Part shown: positions 27,407 to 36,310 of the stretch, piece after piece
Layout of the letters: each line of letters starts with the position of its first letter
Numbering within the stretch: the stretch's first letter is position 1
Assembly: GCA_029288865.1 (NCBI GenBank)
Contig: JARIGM010000017.1
Coordinates: 7,131-71,130, forward strand
Source of the DNA: Candidatus Kaiserbacteria bacterium
GTDB taxonomy: Bacteria; Patescibacteriota; Minisyncoccia; Phycocordibacterales; Phycocordibacteraceae
Length of the DNA: 64,000 nt
Direction of reading: 5' to 3'
Notes under the pieces: model-generated
What the model was told of the DNA's origin: nothing
The model's database searches: none
Seen by the model: only the letters and a program-made list of their open reading frames with translations
Position numbers and translations under genes: made by a program

Positions 27407-28433
27407 GAAAGTTTATAGGGACATATACGGGCAAATAATTTCGCCGGAGAATCTCTTCGCCGCGTGGCGCGTTTTCAAGAACGACAAAAGGAACAAGCCG
27501 GATGTCGTCAAATTCGAGCGCCACCTCGAAGAGAATATTTTTCATCTGCACCGGGAACTTCGCGACAAGACGTACAGGCACGGAGGCTACTACGGCTTCT
27601 GGATTCGCGATCCGAAGCTGCGGAGGATTCATAAGGCCACGGTGAGAGATCGGGTGTTGCACCACGCCATATTCAGCGTCCTCAATCCTCTCTTCGAGCC
27701 GACATTCATTCCCACATCCTTCTCGTGCCGCGTGGGGAAAGGAACCCATAAAGGTGTCGAGAAGATCGCCGAGATGCTGCGCGCGGAAAGCCGGAATAAT
27801 ACGAGACCCTGCTTTGCGCTGAAGTGCGATGTGCGGAAGTTCTTCGATAGCGTCAATCACGAGACCCTCGTCGGCATCCTCGAGCGGAAGATTAAGGACG
27901 CTGATGCGATGTGGCTCCTGCGAGAGATCGTCGACAGCTTCTCGGACGAGAAAGGCATACCGATCGGGAACCTCACTTCGCAGCTTTTCGCTAACCTCTA
28001 CATGAACGAGTTCGACCAGTTCATCAAGCAGGAAATGAAAGTGCAGCGCTACGCTCGGTATACGGACGACTTCATCATCGTCTCCCGCGATGAGGCATAC
28101 CTCGCCGGACTGCTCCCGGTAATAGGGAGATTCCTTGCAGAGCGGCTGGCGCTTGAGCTGCATCCCAGCAAGATCACAATTCGAAAGTATCGGCAGGGAA
28201 TCGATTTCCTCGGCTATGTGGTATTGCCGGGGCATACAGTAGTTAGAACCAAAACGCGGAAGCGCATGTTCCGAAAGCTCCGCGGCAGGGTAAGGCAGTA
28301 CAAAAAAGGGGCTATCCCGGAAGAGACTCTCTTCGGGTCGTTGCGCTCGTATATGGGAGTGTTGTCGCATGCGGATGCTTCACAACTGGAAGAGGAGTTG
28401 AAAAATGATTTCTGGTTTCGCCTTAAGGAGTGA
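27405..28433 (+). CDS. DGR reverse transcriptase
   Basis: DGR-specific motif 4 IPIGNLTSQLFANLYMNEFDQF and motif 5 RYTDDFIIV. N-terminus IYGQIISPENLFAAWRVFKNDKRNKPDV is typical of DGR RTs. Confidence 0.9.
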   Translation: MKVYRDIYGQIISPENLFAAWRVFKNDKRNKPDVVKFERHLEENIFHLHRELRDKTYRHGGYYGFWIRDPKLRRIHKATVRDRVLHHAIFSVLNPLFEPTFIPTSFSCRVGKGTHKGVEKIAEMLRAESRNNTRPCFALKCDVRKFFDSVNHETLVGILERKIKDADAMWLLREIVDSFSDEKGIPIGNLTSQLFANLYMNEFDQFIKQEMKVQRYARYTDDFIIVSRDEAYLAGLLPVIGRFLAERLALELHPSKITIRKYRQGIDFLGYVVLPGHTVVRTKTRKRMFRKLRGRVRQYKKGAIPEETLFGSLRSYMGVLSHADASQLEEELKNDFWFRLKE

Positions 28434-28700
28434 GCGGACACAGAAAACCCGCCACGGGTCCCAGCGTGAGCCAGGCGTACAGGTTTCCCCATACGGCGAT
28501 CAAGCATCCCCATGACGGGTTTTCTATGCTTGATCGCCTTTTTCGCCATGCCCCCAGCCGAAGCTGGAGGTTTAGGCTACTTTTTCTTATTCAGTTGTTC
28601 CTAAATCATAGCCTGCTTCCAGCCCTCCGCACAATGGCCAGGGGATAGGGTCAATGCCGGCCCCGCTGACAGCGGGAAGGGCACGCGTTATAGTGGCTTT

Positions 28701-28940
28701 ATGGAAACAAAAGAGCATATAACGCATGAAGCCGGGAACGATGAAGCGTGGGTATGTATCTGCGGGAATATGCCGTCCGATGGCGGCTTCTATCCTTGCG
28801 ACGAGAAAGGGAACGAGATGGAGCCGGTAGTCGGTAGCGACTGGAACGGCCTCTATGTCTGCGCCGACTGCGGCAGGATCATCGACCAAAAGACTCTCGA
28901 AGTCGTGGGCCAGAACCCGAACCCTAAGTTTCTCGACTAG
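28701..28940 (+). CDS. small Cys-rich zinc-ribbon-like protein
   Basis: 79 aa with CxC...C...CxxC spacing (WVCICGN...PCDE...CADCGRI). Confidence 0.4.
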   Translation: METKEHITHEAGNDEAWVCICGNMPSDGGFYPCDEKGNEMEPVVGSDWNGLYVCADCGRIIDQKTLEVVGQNPNPKFLD

Positions 28941-28971
28941 CCGGCAAGAAGTGCTATATACTTAAGCGTAT

Positions 28972-29307
28972 ATGGCGATACCCGATCAAGAAAAATACGG
29001 AATCTGGTCGGAAATAGAGCAGAGGTCTCCCGAACTGCTCAAGGTATTCCTGTCGCTCAAGAATGAGGATGAGCTCAAGGCATTCTTCCGCGATCTCATG
29101 AGCGAGCGCGACTTGCGCGAATTTGCTATGCGATGGGAAATCGCAAAGATGCTTGACTCAGGCATGTCCTTCACGCAGATTCAAGAAAAATGGGACGGCA
29201 ACGAGATGGTCTCCCCAAAGACGATCACGAAGATCAACCGATGGCTCAAGGAGGGCTGCGGCGGATATAAGATGATGATCGACCGCTTTAAGGACAAGAC
29301 CGATTAA
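28972..29307 (+). CDS. TrpR/YerC-YecD-like HTH DNA-binding protein
   Basis: 111 aa; ...LSERDLREFAMRWEIAKMLDSGMSFTQIQEKWDGNEMVSPKTITKINRWLKEG... resembles YerC/TrpR-related regulators. Confidence 0.55.
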   Translation: MAIPDQEKYGIWSEIEQRSPELLKVFLSLKNEDELKAFFRDLMSERDLREFAMRWEIAKMLDSGMSFTQIQEKWDGNEMVSPKTITKINRWLKEGCGGYKMMIDRFKDKTD

Positions 29308-29390
29308 GTTCGCGCTTTACCGCGGGAGGCGTTAAAATTCCTTCGGCTGGTACATTTCCAGATCAACAGTCCTCGTGAAAGGAGGCTCCA

Positions 29391-30416
29391 ATGCTCGCGC
29401 CTGAAACGGCGAAGCCTTCTCATGGGGACTACTATGTCGTCACCCATGATGTGGCTACCCGCCTGCAAGTGTTTCGATCGGACATCCTCGCGGTTCCCGG
29501 CCGGGACGACCTGGTCTTCCACGACTTTCATCGGTTGCTGCGCGACCTCATGAAAGAAGTGCTGCCGAATGTCGATGTGCATACGATTCACATAGAGGAA
29601 CTCGCGCGCTCAATCCGAAAGGATATGGGCGCAATGCTTTCCAACCTTGCGATAGTGAGCACGTGTCCCGAGATGGCTCATGAATGGCCGGAAAGCCACG
29701 TGCTCCAAATCAACAGGCTCTTCGATCGCGAAGGCGAACTGATCGGCTACGGCCCCAGACCCGGATACCCCTCTCTGCAGAAGCAGTTGGATGTCCTGGT
29801 CGCAAGGCTTTCAGGCCGCCCATTCGCTCTCGTCGAAGAAGGGGTGTTCACGGGAGGCTCGGTTCGCTTCATGCTATCCGAACTTTCCATGCGCGGCGCA
29901 AGTCCATCTGTCCTCGCTCTCGGTTTCTGCACTTCCGCGATCCGCGAGAGCTTGCAGGAGTCATTCGGAGGGGAAGTGGCGGTGCTTCAGGAGGTCGGGG
30001 AGCTGGTCGACTGGATCAATGACCATGACCTGGTTCCGTTCGCACCCGGATGCGGACGCATCCTCGGAGAGAAAACTTCCGAGGGCTGCGTACCGCTCCG
30101 AATTGCAGGAGCCGGTGCACTCTCCCGGCCATATGTCCTGCCTTTCGGCCGGCCAGAAGACTGGGCAAGCCTTCCGGCTGAAGCCGCCGCGCTCATTTCC
30201 AGGTTCTGCCTGGGCGCGAGCATCGGCTTCTTCTCGAGGTTCGTCAAAGCGGACGGGACTCCGATCACCATCCGCGATCTGGAGCGGAGTTTCCCCGCCG
30301 TCCCCGTTCCCGTGGGGCCGGAAAACGGCAGGGAGATACCGCCCCTCGAGACCCGCGTGGTCGACTTTCTGCGGGACGCGCTAGGAGAACTCGACAACAC
30401 ACTTTTCCCTCCATGA
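29391..30416 (+). CDS. hypothetical protein with phosphoribosyltransferase-like PRPP-binding motif
   Basis: FALVEEGVFTGGSV resembles the PRTase signature (hhhh-D/E-D/E-h-x-T/S-G-x-T/S). Followed by a terminator. Confidence 0.4.
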   Translation: MLAPETAKPSHGDYYVVTHDVATRLQVFRSDILAVPGRDDLVFHDFHRLLRDLMKEVLPNVDVHTIHIEELARSIRKDMGAMLSNLAIVSTCPEMAHEWPESHVLQINRLFDREGELIGYGPRPGYPSLQKQLDVLVARLSGRPFALVEEGVFTGGSVRFMLSELSMRGASPSVLALGFCTSAIRESLQESFGGEVAVLQEVGELVDWINDHDLVPFAPGCGRILGEKTSEGCVPLRIAGAGALSRPYVLPFGRPEDWASLPAEAAALISRFCLGASIGFFSRFVKADGTPITIRDLERSFPAVPVPVGPENGREIPPLETRVVDFLRDALGELDNTLFPP

Positions 30417-30426
30417 AAAGTGAACT

Positions 30427-30466
30427 GGCCGCATCGCTTTTAGGGCGATGCGGCCTTTTTCCTTGT
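30427..30466 (+). terminator. rho-independent terminator (gccgcatcgc ... gcgatgcggc + T-run)
   Basis: 10-bp perfect stem then CTTTTT. Confidence 0.6.
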
Positions 30467-30776
30467 TTAGTAGAGCGAAAATATGGCTCTGTTGAGCCAT
30501 GATTTACCACAGCACAGAACCATTTTATTTGAAGACACATTTGTATTATTGACAATAGAAAACCACTACACTAGGGTGTAGTGGAAGCCATTGTCCCGAA
30601 AGGGATCGGGGCCCGGAATCCGGGGCCGATGCGACCAATGGACTTTCTGCTGACTTGCATCCCAGGGTGCGATATTATGGGGTGGCATACCTGCAAGGGT
30701 ATGTCTCCCCAGCTGGGGTGCACGTTGACGTCCTTAGAGACGCCATAGCTGAAAGCCCACCTCGAGTCGCATCAGG

Positions 30777-31853
30777 GTGGGCTTCAAGCTATATATGCGT
30801 CTCAGCCAAGTCATCGATGAATTCAACAAAGTGCGAACCTTCCGCGGTTCGCGCCTTACGACTGCCCGATACGATCGGCTGCTTCGTATTTTTTGCCTGT
30901 GCATGCAAGACCCGGAACTCGAGGAGATCGATCTCCCGCATGTCCTTTGGTACTTCGGCGAACTAGAGCGCCTCGGCTGGAAGCCGAACGGCATAAACCT
31001 CATCGCTATCGCTCTTCGCAAGCTCTTCGAATTCTGCAACCTTCGCGGCTATACCACTTTCAACGAGCAGCTCATCCCGGTGCCGCGAAAGGAATTCAAT
31101 ATCCCGCGCGTTGCCGATCTCGAGACGTTCGAGAAGATTCTCAAGGAGATACCGGAGAATTCTCCTCGGCCTCATCACATCCGCAACCGGGCATTCCTCC
31201 TGCTCTTGTGGGATACCGGCGCGCGAGTCGGCGAGATATGCTCGCTCGACGTAAAAGACCTTGATCTCAAGAAGCGCACCGCAATCATCAAGACTGAAAA
31301 GTCTCGCGGTCGCCGTCCGGTGCGACAAATATTCTGGACGCCAGAGACCAACAAGCATATCAAGGCATGGCTCGACAAGAAGAATCATCTGCAAACGCTT
31401 TTTAAGTTCAATGACCCGGAAGCGCTCTTCGTCTCGATCGCCAAGTCAGGGCAGTACGATGTACGCGGCTCTCGCATGAACAGCCGCGGCGCGGCGGAGA
31501 TCATGCGCATGCTCTCGAACCGGGCAGGCATTCCAGTGGTCAACGCGCACTCGATACGACATTCAATGGGACGCGATACCGTCCGCACGCTCCGAAGCAA
31601 TTCGGCCGTATCGAACGTGCTCGGCCATTCGAATCTCGACAGCTCCTACATCTATACGATGCTATGGGGCGAGGACTTGAAAGAGGATTGGTCCAAGGTC
31701 ATGAAGAGCCGCGGCACGCCTCTGGCAGAACCGCCGCGCGCAGCAGGAAATTTCCCGCGCATGAAGAAGAGCCGGAACGAATCGAATACCCAAGGTCGCC
31801 TGCGTCCTGTCTCATTCAAGACAGGGAAGTACGGTCGCATGACGAGTCAGTAG
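30777..31853 (+). CDS. tyrosine site-specific recombinase / phage integrase
   Basis: C-terminal catalytic region with ...RGRRPVRQIFW..., HSIRHSMGRD and LGHSNLDSSYIYT (R...HxxR...Y). Sits at the 3' edge of the prophage-like block, preceded by a 360-bp noncoding region. Confidence 0.8.
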   Translation: MGFKLYMRLSQVIDEFNKVRTFRGSRLTTARYDRLLRIFCLCMQDPELEEIDLPHVLWYFGELERLGWKPNGINLIAIALRKLFEFCNLRGYTTFNEQLIPVPRKEFNIPRVADLETFEKILKEIPENSPRPHHIRNRAFLLLLWDTGARVGEICSLDVKDLDLKKRTAIIKTEKSRGRRPVRQIFWTPETNKHIKAWLDKKNHLQTLFKFNDPEALFVSIAKSGQYDVRGSRMNSRGAAEIMRMLSNRAGIPVVNAHSIRHSMGRDTVRTLRSNSAVSNVLGHSNLDSSYIYTMLWGEDLKEDWSKVMKSRGTPLAEPPRAAGNFPRMKKSRNESNTQGRLRPVSFKTGKYGRMTSQ

Positions 31854-31885
31854 AACGGAGGGAATTTCCACGCTAGGATAGTGGA

Positions 31886-32146
31886 ATGAAAGCGAATACG
31901 GAGCGCAACGAAGAGATAGTCGCGCTGCATGATCTGAATCCTGAAAAGTATACCTTCGGCACCTTGGCGAAGAAGTACGGCATGGCCCGATCGTCAGTTC
32001 AGGAGATATACTGGCGTGAGAAAGCAAAGCTCGGAGACAAGGAAGCTCTGGCGCACCCTCTTGTTCGGAGGAAATTTCCTGCCCTGGCGGGGCGTAAGGG
32101 GTTGCCAGACAGGGGCATTGCAAGGCGTAAGGAGTCCGCGCTATAG
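31886..32146 (+). CDS. small HTH protein (sigma-70 region 4-like)
   Basis: 86 aa; ...GTLAKKYGMARSSVQEIYWREKAKL... Followed by a 12-bp stem terminator-like hairpin (32181-32251). Confidence 0.35.
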   Translation: MKANTERNEEIVALHDLNPEKYTFGTLAKKYGMARSSVQEIYWREKAKLGDKEALAHPLVRRKFPALAGRKGLPDRGIARRKESAL

Positions 32147-32180
32147 TTATCTCGACGGGCGGCACCTTGAAAATCGAATA

Positions 32181-32251
32181 GAAATCTCGCTCGCTTTTTG
32201 AGAACCTCATCTCGCATGGGGTATTCACAAAGCGAGCGAGCGAGGTTTTTC
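32181..32251 (+). terminator. long-loop hairpin (ctcgctcgcttt ... aaagcgagcgag) followed by GTTTTT
   Basis: 12-bp stem with a 33-nt loop and a T-run. Confidence 0.35.
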
Positions 32252-32414
32252 TTTAAGCGGCCTCGAGGTGATACAATTAGGGCATGAAATCAGCGAGTTT
32301 AACAGGCGTTTCCGGCAATGGTATGTACAAAAAGCTAGCATGGTACCGCCATGAAATGGGGTACACATCAACCCTTGTACAGCACGTCATCAAGGCCGGC
32401 CACGCATAGTTTCT

Positions 32415-32852
32415 ATGGCGAAGGTGTACATCGCGAGTGATCATGCCGGCTTCGAGCTGAAAAGCCAGCTCATACCTTATATAGGTAGTCTCGGCCATGA
32501 AGTCGAGGATATGGGAGCTCATGAGCTCGATCCGGAAGACGATTACCCTAATTTCATAACGCCCTGTGCACACGCAGTGGCGGAAGAACAGGGCACGATG
32601 GGTGTTATCATTGGGGGAAGCGGCCAAGGGGAGGCGATGGCAGCGAACCGAGTAGCGGGCATCAGGGCGGCCGTATTCTATGGTGGCCCGCTCGATATTC
32701 CTACGCTTGCTCGCGAGCATAACGATGCCAATATCCTTTCCCTGGGAGCCCGATTCCTGGATGAATCAGAAGCTCGTGATGCGGTACGAATCTTCCTCGG
32801 CACGCCGTTCTCGGAGGATCCGCGCCATATACGACGCATCCAGAAATACTAA
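32415..32852 (+). CDS. rpiB: ribose-5-phosphate isomerase B
   Basis: MAKVYIASDHAGFELKSQLIPYIGSLGHEVEDMG... RpiB/LacAB family. Confidence 0.85.
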   Translation: MAKVYIASDHAGFELKSQLIPYIGSLGHEVEDMGAHELDPEDDYPNFITPCAHAVAEEQGTMGVIIGGSGQGEAMAANRVAGIRAAVFYGGPLDIPTLAREHNDANILSLGARFLDESEARDAVRIFLGTPFSEDPRHIRRIQKY

Positions 32853-32882
32853 TTCTCGAATTTTAATGATATCCTTAGCACT

Positions 32883-33164
32883 ATGGATGGTGATGTACAG
32901 TTTGAAGAAGAGGACCTGCTGACCGTTACCCGACCCGCATCTATGCAAAAAAAGAAAAACGACACAGGCCTCATAACGCGTCTCGCGATCTCGACCGGCC
33001 TTGCCAAGGACGAGCAGAGCGCGCAGGTAGTGCTGCTCATTGCAGCAGTTGCTTTGCTCGTATTCGCGGTCGGGTTCTATGTCGTGGGCAATCATGTCGG
33101 CAGCAACGTAACAACGCCGACGCCAGAAGAAGCTGCGAAAGCATTCCATACTTCTAACCCGTAA
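32883..33164 (+). CDS. small membrane protein
   Basis: 93 aa with one TM (VVLLIAAVALLVFAVGFYVV), upstream of a pilin gene. Confidence 0.3.
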   Translation: MDGDVQFEEEDLLTVTRPASMQKKKNDTGLITRLAISTGLAKDEQSAQVVLLIAAVALLVFAVGFYVVGNHVGSNVTTPTPEEAAKAFHTSNP

Positions 33165-33166
33165 CC

Positions 33167-33682
33167 ATGAAGACTCCAGCTCGCGGCTTTACCCTCATCG
33201 AACTTCTTGTCGTGATCGCGATCATCGGCATTCTTTCTTCGGTGATACTGACGTCTTTGAACTCTGCTCGCGCAAAAGCGAATGACTCGCGCCGTTTCTC
33301 AGACCTGCGCGAAGTGCAGAAGGCACTCGAAAACTATGCAAGTTCCAATAATGGCGTATACCCGTCTACCGGAAGCGCATGGAATACGCAATGCACCTAT
33401 GCCGGCATGACGACAGTTACTTCAGCGAGTGCCCTTATTCCTGGGCTTGTAGCAAGCGGAGCGATTTCCGCGATACCAGTTGATCCGGATATGAACGCCG
33501 GTGCCGGCACTTGTTGCTACGCCTACAAATCCAACGGCACGGATTATAAGTTTATTGCGGGACTCAGTTGCGGATCGACAAATTATGCGAACGCGACAGA
33601 AGCCTCGCTCCTTGATCCAGCACGATCCAGTAGCATCAAGAATTGGGCGGTGTACACTCCCGCAGTACAGACCGCCTGGTAA
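33167..33682 (+). CDS. type IV pilin-like protein (prepilin-type N-terminal signal)
   Basis: N-terminus MKTPARGFTLIELLVVIAIIGILSSVILTSL (class III signal: G-FTLIE + hydrophobic helix). Confidence 0.7.
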   Translation: MKTPARGFTLIELLVVIAIIGILSSVILTSLNSARAKANDSRRFSDLREVQKALENYASSNNGVYPSTGSAWNTQCTYAGMTTVTSASALIPGLVASGAISAIPVDPDMNAGAGTCCYAYKSNGTDYKFIAGLSCGSTNYANATEASLLDPARSSSIKNWAVYTPAVQTAW

Positions 33683-33691
33683 CATTTACGT

Positions 33692-34402
33692 ATGAGCGCC
33701 ATCGTCCCAGCAATCCTGCCAACGTCGCGCGAAGACATCGAACATAAAGTCTCATTGCTGGTCGGGAATGCGAGCATGGTGCAGATAGATCTGGTCGATG
33801 GGAAATTCGTCGGACCAGCATCATGGCCGTATTCAGAAGGAGATGCAGCAGTGAAATTTGATGGAGACAATCCGCTCCCATACCTGGGCCGTATCCAGTA
33901 TGAGATGGACCTGATGCTGAGTGCCCCTGAAGATGTGGTAGGGGATTGGATTGCTGCGGGTGCGAATAAACTTATTTTCCATGCAGAGAGTTCGACGACG
34001 CTCCTCAAGACGATGGAAGAAGTGAACACGCGGTATGGCCACGATAAGGACTTTGCTCCGGATCTTCTTTCCATGGGTGTGGCTCTTAATATTGAGAGCG
34101 ATGTGACGCTGCTTGAGCCGTTCTTGCAATACGCAGACTATGTGCAATTCATGGGGATCGCGCAGATCGGCAAACAAGGCCAGCCGTTCGATGAACGGGT
34201 ACTTCGCAAGATTTCACAATTCCGGAGTACTCATTCGGACGTACTCATCCAAGTGGATGGGGGAGTGTCGCTTGAGACGGCGCGCGCACTTCTTTCTATC
34301 GGCGTAGATCGTCTCGTTGTGGGTTCTGCGATCTGGAGATCACAAAACCTTAAAGAAACACTCGAATCATTTCGGGATATCGTGCGTGAACATAACGGCT
34401 AG
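33692..34402 (+). CDS. rpe: ribulose-phosphate 3-epimerase
   Basis: 236 aa with an Rpe-like N-terminus (MSAIVPAILPTSREDIEHKVSLLVGNASMVQIDLVDGKFVGPASWP; compare E. coli Rpe IAPSILSADFARLGED...). Sits between rpiB and tkt in the pentose-phosphate cluster. Confidence 0.8.
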   Translation: MSAIVPAILPTSREDIEHKVSLLVGNASMVQIDLVDGKFVGPASWPYSEGDAAVKFDGDNPLPYLGRIQYEMDLMLSAPEDVVGDWIAAGANKLIFHAESSTTLLKTMEEVNTRYGHDKDFAPDLLSMGVALNIESDVTLLEPFLQYADYVQFMGIAQIGKQGQPFDERVLRKISQFRSTHSDVLIQVDGGVSLETARALLSIGVDRLVVGSAIWRSQNLKETLESFRDIVREHNG

Positions 34403-34419
34403 GTGGTATCCTAGAAGTA

Positions 34420-35301
34420 ATGGCATTAACTGAAAAAGAAATCGCTTCGCTCGAAGCAACAGCAGAGAAAGTGCGCGAGACGATCATCGAGATGCTCGTT
34501 GCTGCAGGCAGTGGGCACACTGCCGGACCGCTCGGCATGGCGGACATCTTCACTGCATTTTATTTTCATATTCTGAAACACGATCCGAAGAATCCGGATT
34601 GGGAAGGACGTGATCGACTGATACTTTCGAATGGACACATCGTACCGGTCCGCTACGCGACGATGGCACACGCAGGATATTTTCCGGTAGAGGAGTGCCT
34701 CACGCTGCGTAAGTTCGGTTCGCGACTTCAAGGACACCCAGAGCGCTTACGTTTGCCCGGCATGGAAAATACTGCAGGTCCGCTTGGAGAAGGACTCTCG
34801 CAAGGCGCAGGCATGGCATATGCGCTTCGTATGGATGCGGGTGCCGCCAAAGCTTCGAGTGAAAGCGCGCCGCACGTATATGTGCTCATGGGTGATGGGG
34901 AACAAGACGAAGGGAACGTATGGGAGGCGGTCATGTGGACGGCGAAGTACAAGCTCTCGAATCTTACTGCCGTGATCGATCGCAATAACATCCAGATCGA
35001 TGGCATGACGGAAGACGTGATGCCGCTCGATTCGCTTCGCGCGAAGTATGAAGCATTTGGTTGGCATGTGCTGGAAGTGGACGGACACAATATTCGTCAA
35101 TTTATTGAAGCTGTTGAAGAAGCGAAGACTGTGTATGAAAAGCCGACGCTCATCATTGCACACACGATTCCTGGCAAGGGGGTTCCAGAGATCGAGTTCG
35201 ATTATCACTGGCACGGCAAACCACCGACTGCTGAAGAAGGAAGGCTGTTCCTTCGCGAGCTTCGCTCCATGAAGGGCAAGCTTCCGCACGAATACGCATA
35301 A
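34420..35301 (+). CDS. transketolase, N-terminal (TPP-binding) subunit
   Basis: GSGHTAGPLGMADIF... and the TPP motif GDGEQDEGNVWEA. Split two-gene transketolase. Confidence 0.85.
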   Translation: MALTEKEIASLEATAEKVRETIIEMLVAAGSGHTAGPLGMADIFTAFYFHILKHDPKNPDWEGRDRLILSNGHIVPVRYATMAHAGYFPVEECLTLRKFGSRLQGHPERLRLPGMENTAGPLGEGLSQGAGMAYALRMDAGAAKASSESAPHVYVLMGDGEQDEGNVWEAVMWTAKYKLSNLTAVIDRNNIQIDGMTEDVMPLDSLRAKYEAFGWHVLEVDGHNIRQFIEAVEEAKTVYEKPTLIIAHTIPGKGVPEIEFDYHWHGKPPTAEEGRLFLRELRSMKGKLPHEYA

Positions 35302-35303
35302 AT

Positions 35304-36302
35304 ATGATCAATCCTGAAGCAAAACTTGTAGAGAATCTGTTCGATCCAAAGATCGAACAAAAACCCACTCGCGATGGCTTTGGTACGGGCACCATCGAAG
35401 CAGGAAAGGCAGACCCGAATGTGATCGTGCTCTGCGCGGATCTTGCAGAAAGTACGCGCGCCGAATGGTTCCAGAAAGAATTTCCGGCCCGATTCATCGA
35501 GGTAGGGATCGGCGAACAGAATATGGCCGGACTCGGTTCGGGTTTTGCAGCGGCGGGCAAAGTGCCATTCATTGCATCATATGCAGCGTTTTCTCCAGGT
35601 CGCAGCTATGAACAAATTCGCACGACAATCGCGCTCAACGAACGCGCCGTGATCGTGTGCGGCATGCATGCAGGTGTTTCGGTGGGGCCTGATGGCGCGA
35701 CGCATCAGATGCTTGAGGACATCGGCCTTATGCGTATGCTCCCGAACATGACGGTCGTGGTGCCGGCAGATGCGGAAGAAGCGCGCAAAGCGGTTGTGGC
35801 TGCTGCAGAAGCAAAGACACCTTTTTATATACGATTCGGCAGATCGCCAGTGCCCACATTCACAACTCCAGAAACGCCGTTTGAAATAGGGAAGGCACTC
35901 ACGCTCTGGACCAGCGGTCCTGAAAATGGCGGCCCGAAGGTAACGTTTATGGCAACGGGTAGCATGGCGTATAACGCGCTCGTCGCAGCGCGTGCGCTCG
36001 ATGCTGCAGGTATCGGTTCGATCGTGCTCTCGGTGCCAACTGTCAAACCGCTCGATGAGGAAGCAGTGTTCACAGCAGCAAAGCGCACGCATCATGTCGT
36101 TACTATCGAAGAACACCAGGCAGCAGGCGGTTTTGGAAGTGCGATCGCAGAATTCCTTTCAAGTACGTATCCCGTCGCGATCAAGCGACTCGGCATTCAA
36201 GACCTTTTCGGTCAATCAGGTACACCGGACGAGCTCATCGCGCATTACGGTCTTTCATCCACGCACATCGAAGACGCTGCACGCGAACTCCTCGGCAAAT
36301 AA
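35304..36302 (+). CDS. transketolase, C-terminal (pyrimidine-binding) subunit
   Basis: Directly follows the N-terminal subunit; ...FIEVGIGEQNMAGLGSGFAAAGKVPF.... Confidence 0.85.
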   Translation: MINPEAKLVENLFDPKIEQKPTRDGFGTGTIEAGKADPNVIVLCADLAESTRAEWFQKEFPARFIEVGIGEQNMAGLGSGFAAAGKVPFIASYAAFSPGRSYEQIRTTIALNERAVIVCGMHAGVSVGPDGATHQMLEDIGLMRMLPNMTVVVPADAEEARKAVVAAAEAKTPFYIRFGRSPVPTFTTPETPFEIGKALTLWTSGPENGGPKVTFMATGSMAYNALVAARALDAAGIGSIVLSVPTVKPLDEEAVFTAAKRTHHVVTIEEHQAAGGFGSAIAEFLSSTYPVAIKRLGIQDLFGQSGTPDELIAHYGLSSTHIEDAARELLGK

Positions 36303-36310
36303 GCCGAAAA

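Noticed and set aside
27393-28370. 325-aa minus-strand ORF antisense to the reverse transcriptase
   Set aside because: Fully overlaps the RT, which has unambiguous DGR RT motifs. No motifs of its own.
30560-30776. Possible tRNA/tmRNA integration target immediately upstream of the integrase
   Set aside because: Could not fold any cloverleaf by hand. The only palindromes (ggggcccggaatccggggcc; gcccacctcgagtcgcatcagggtgggc) look like simple hairpins. The only tRNA found is tRNA-Thr at 60362.
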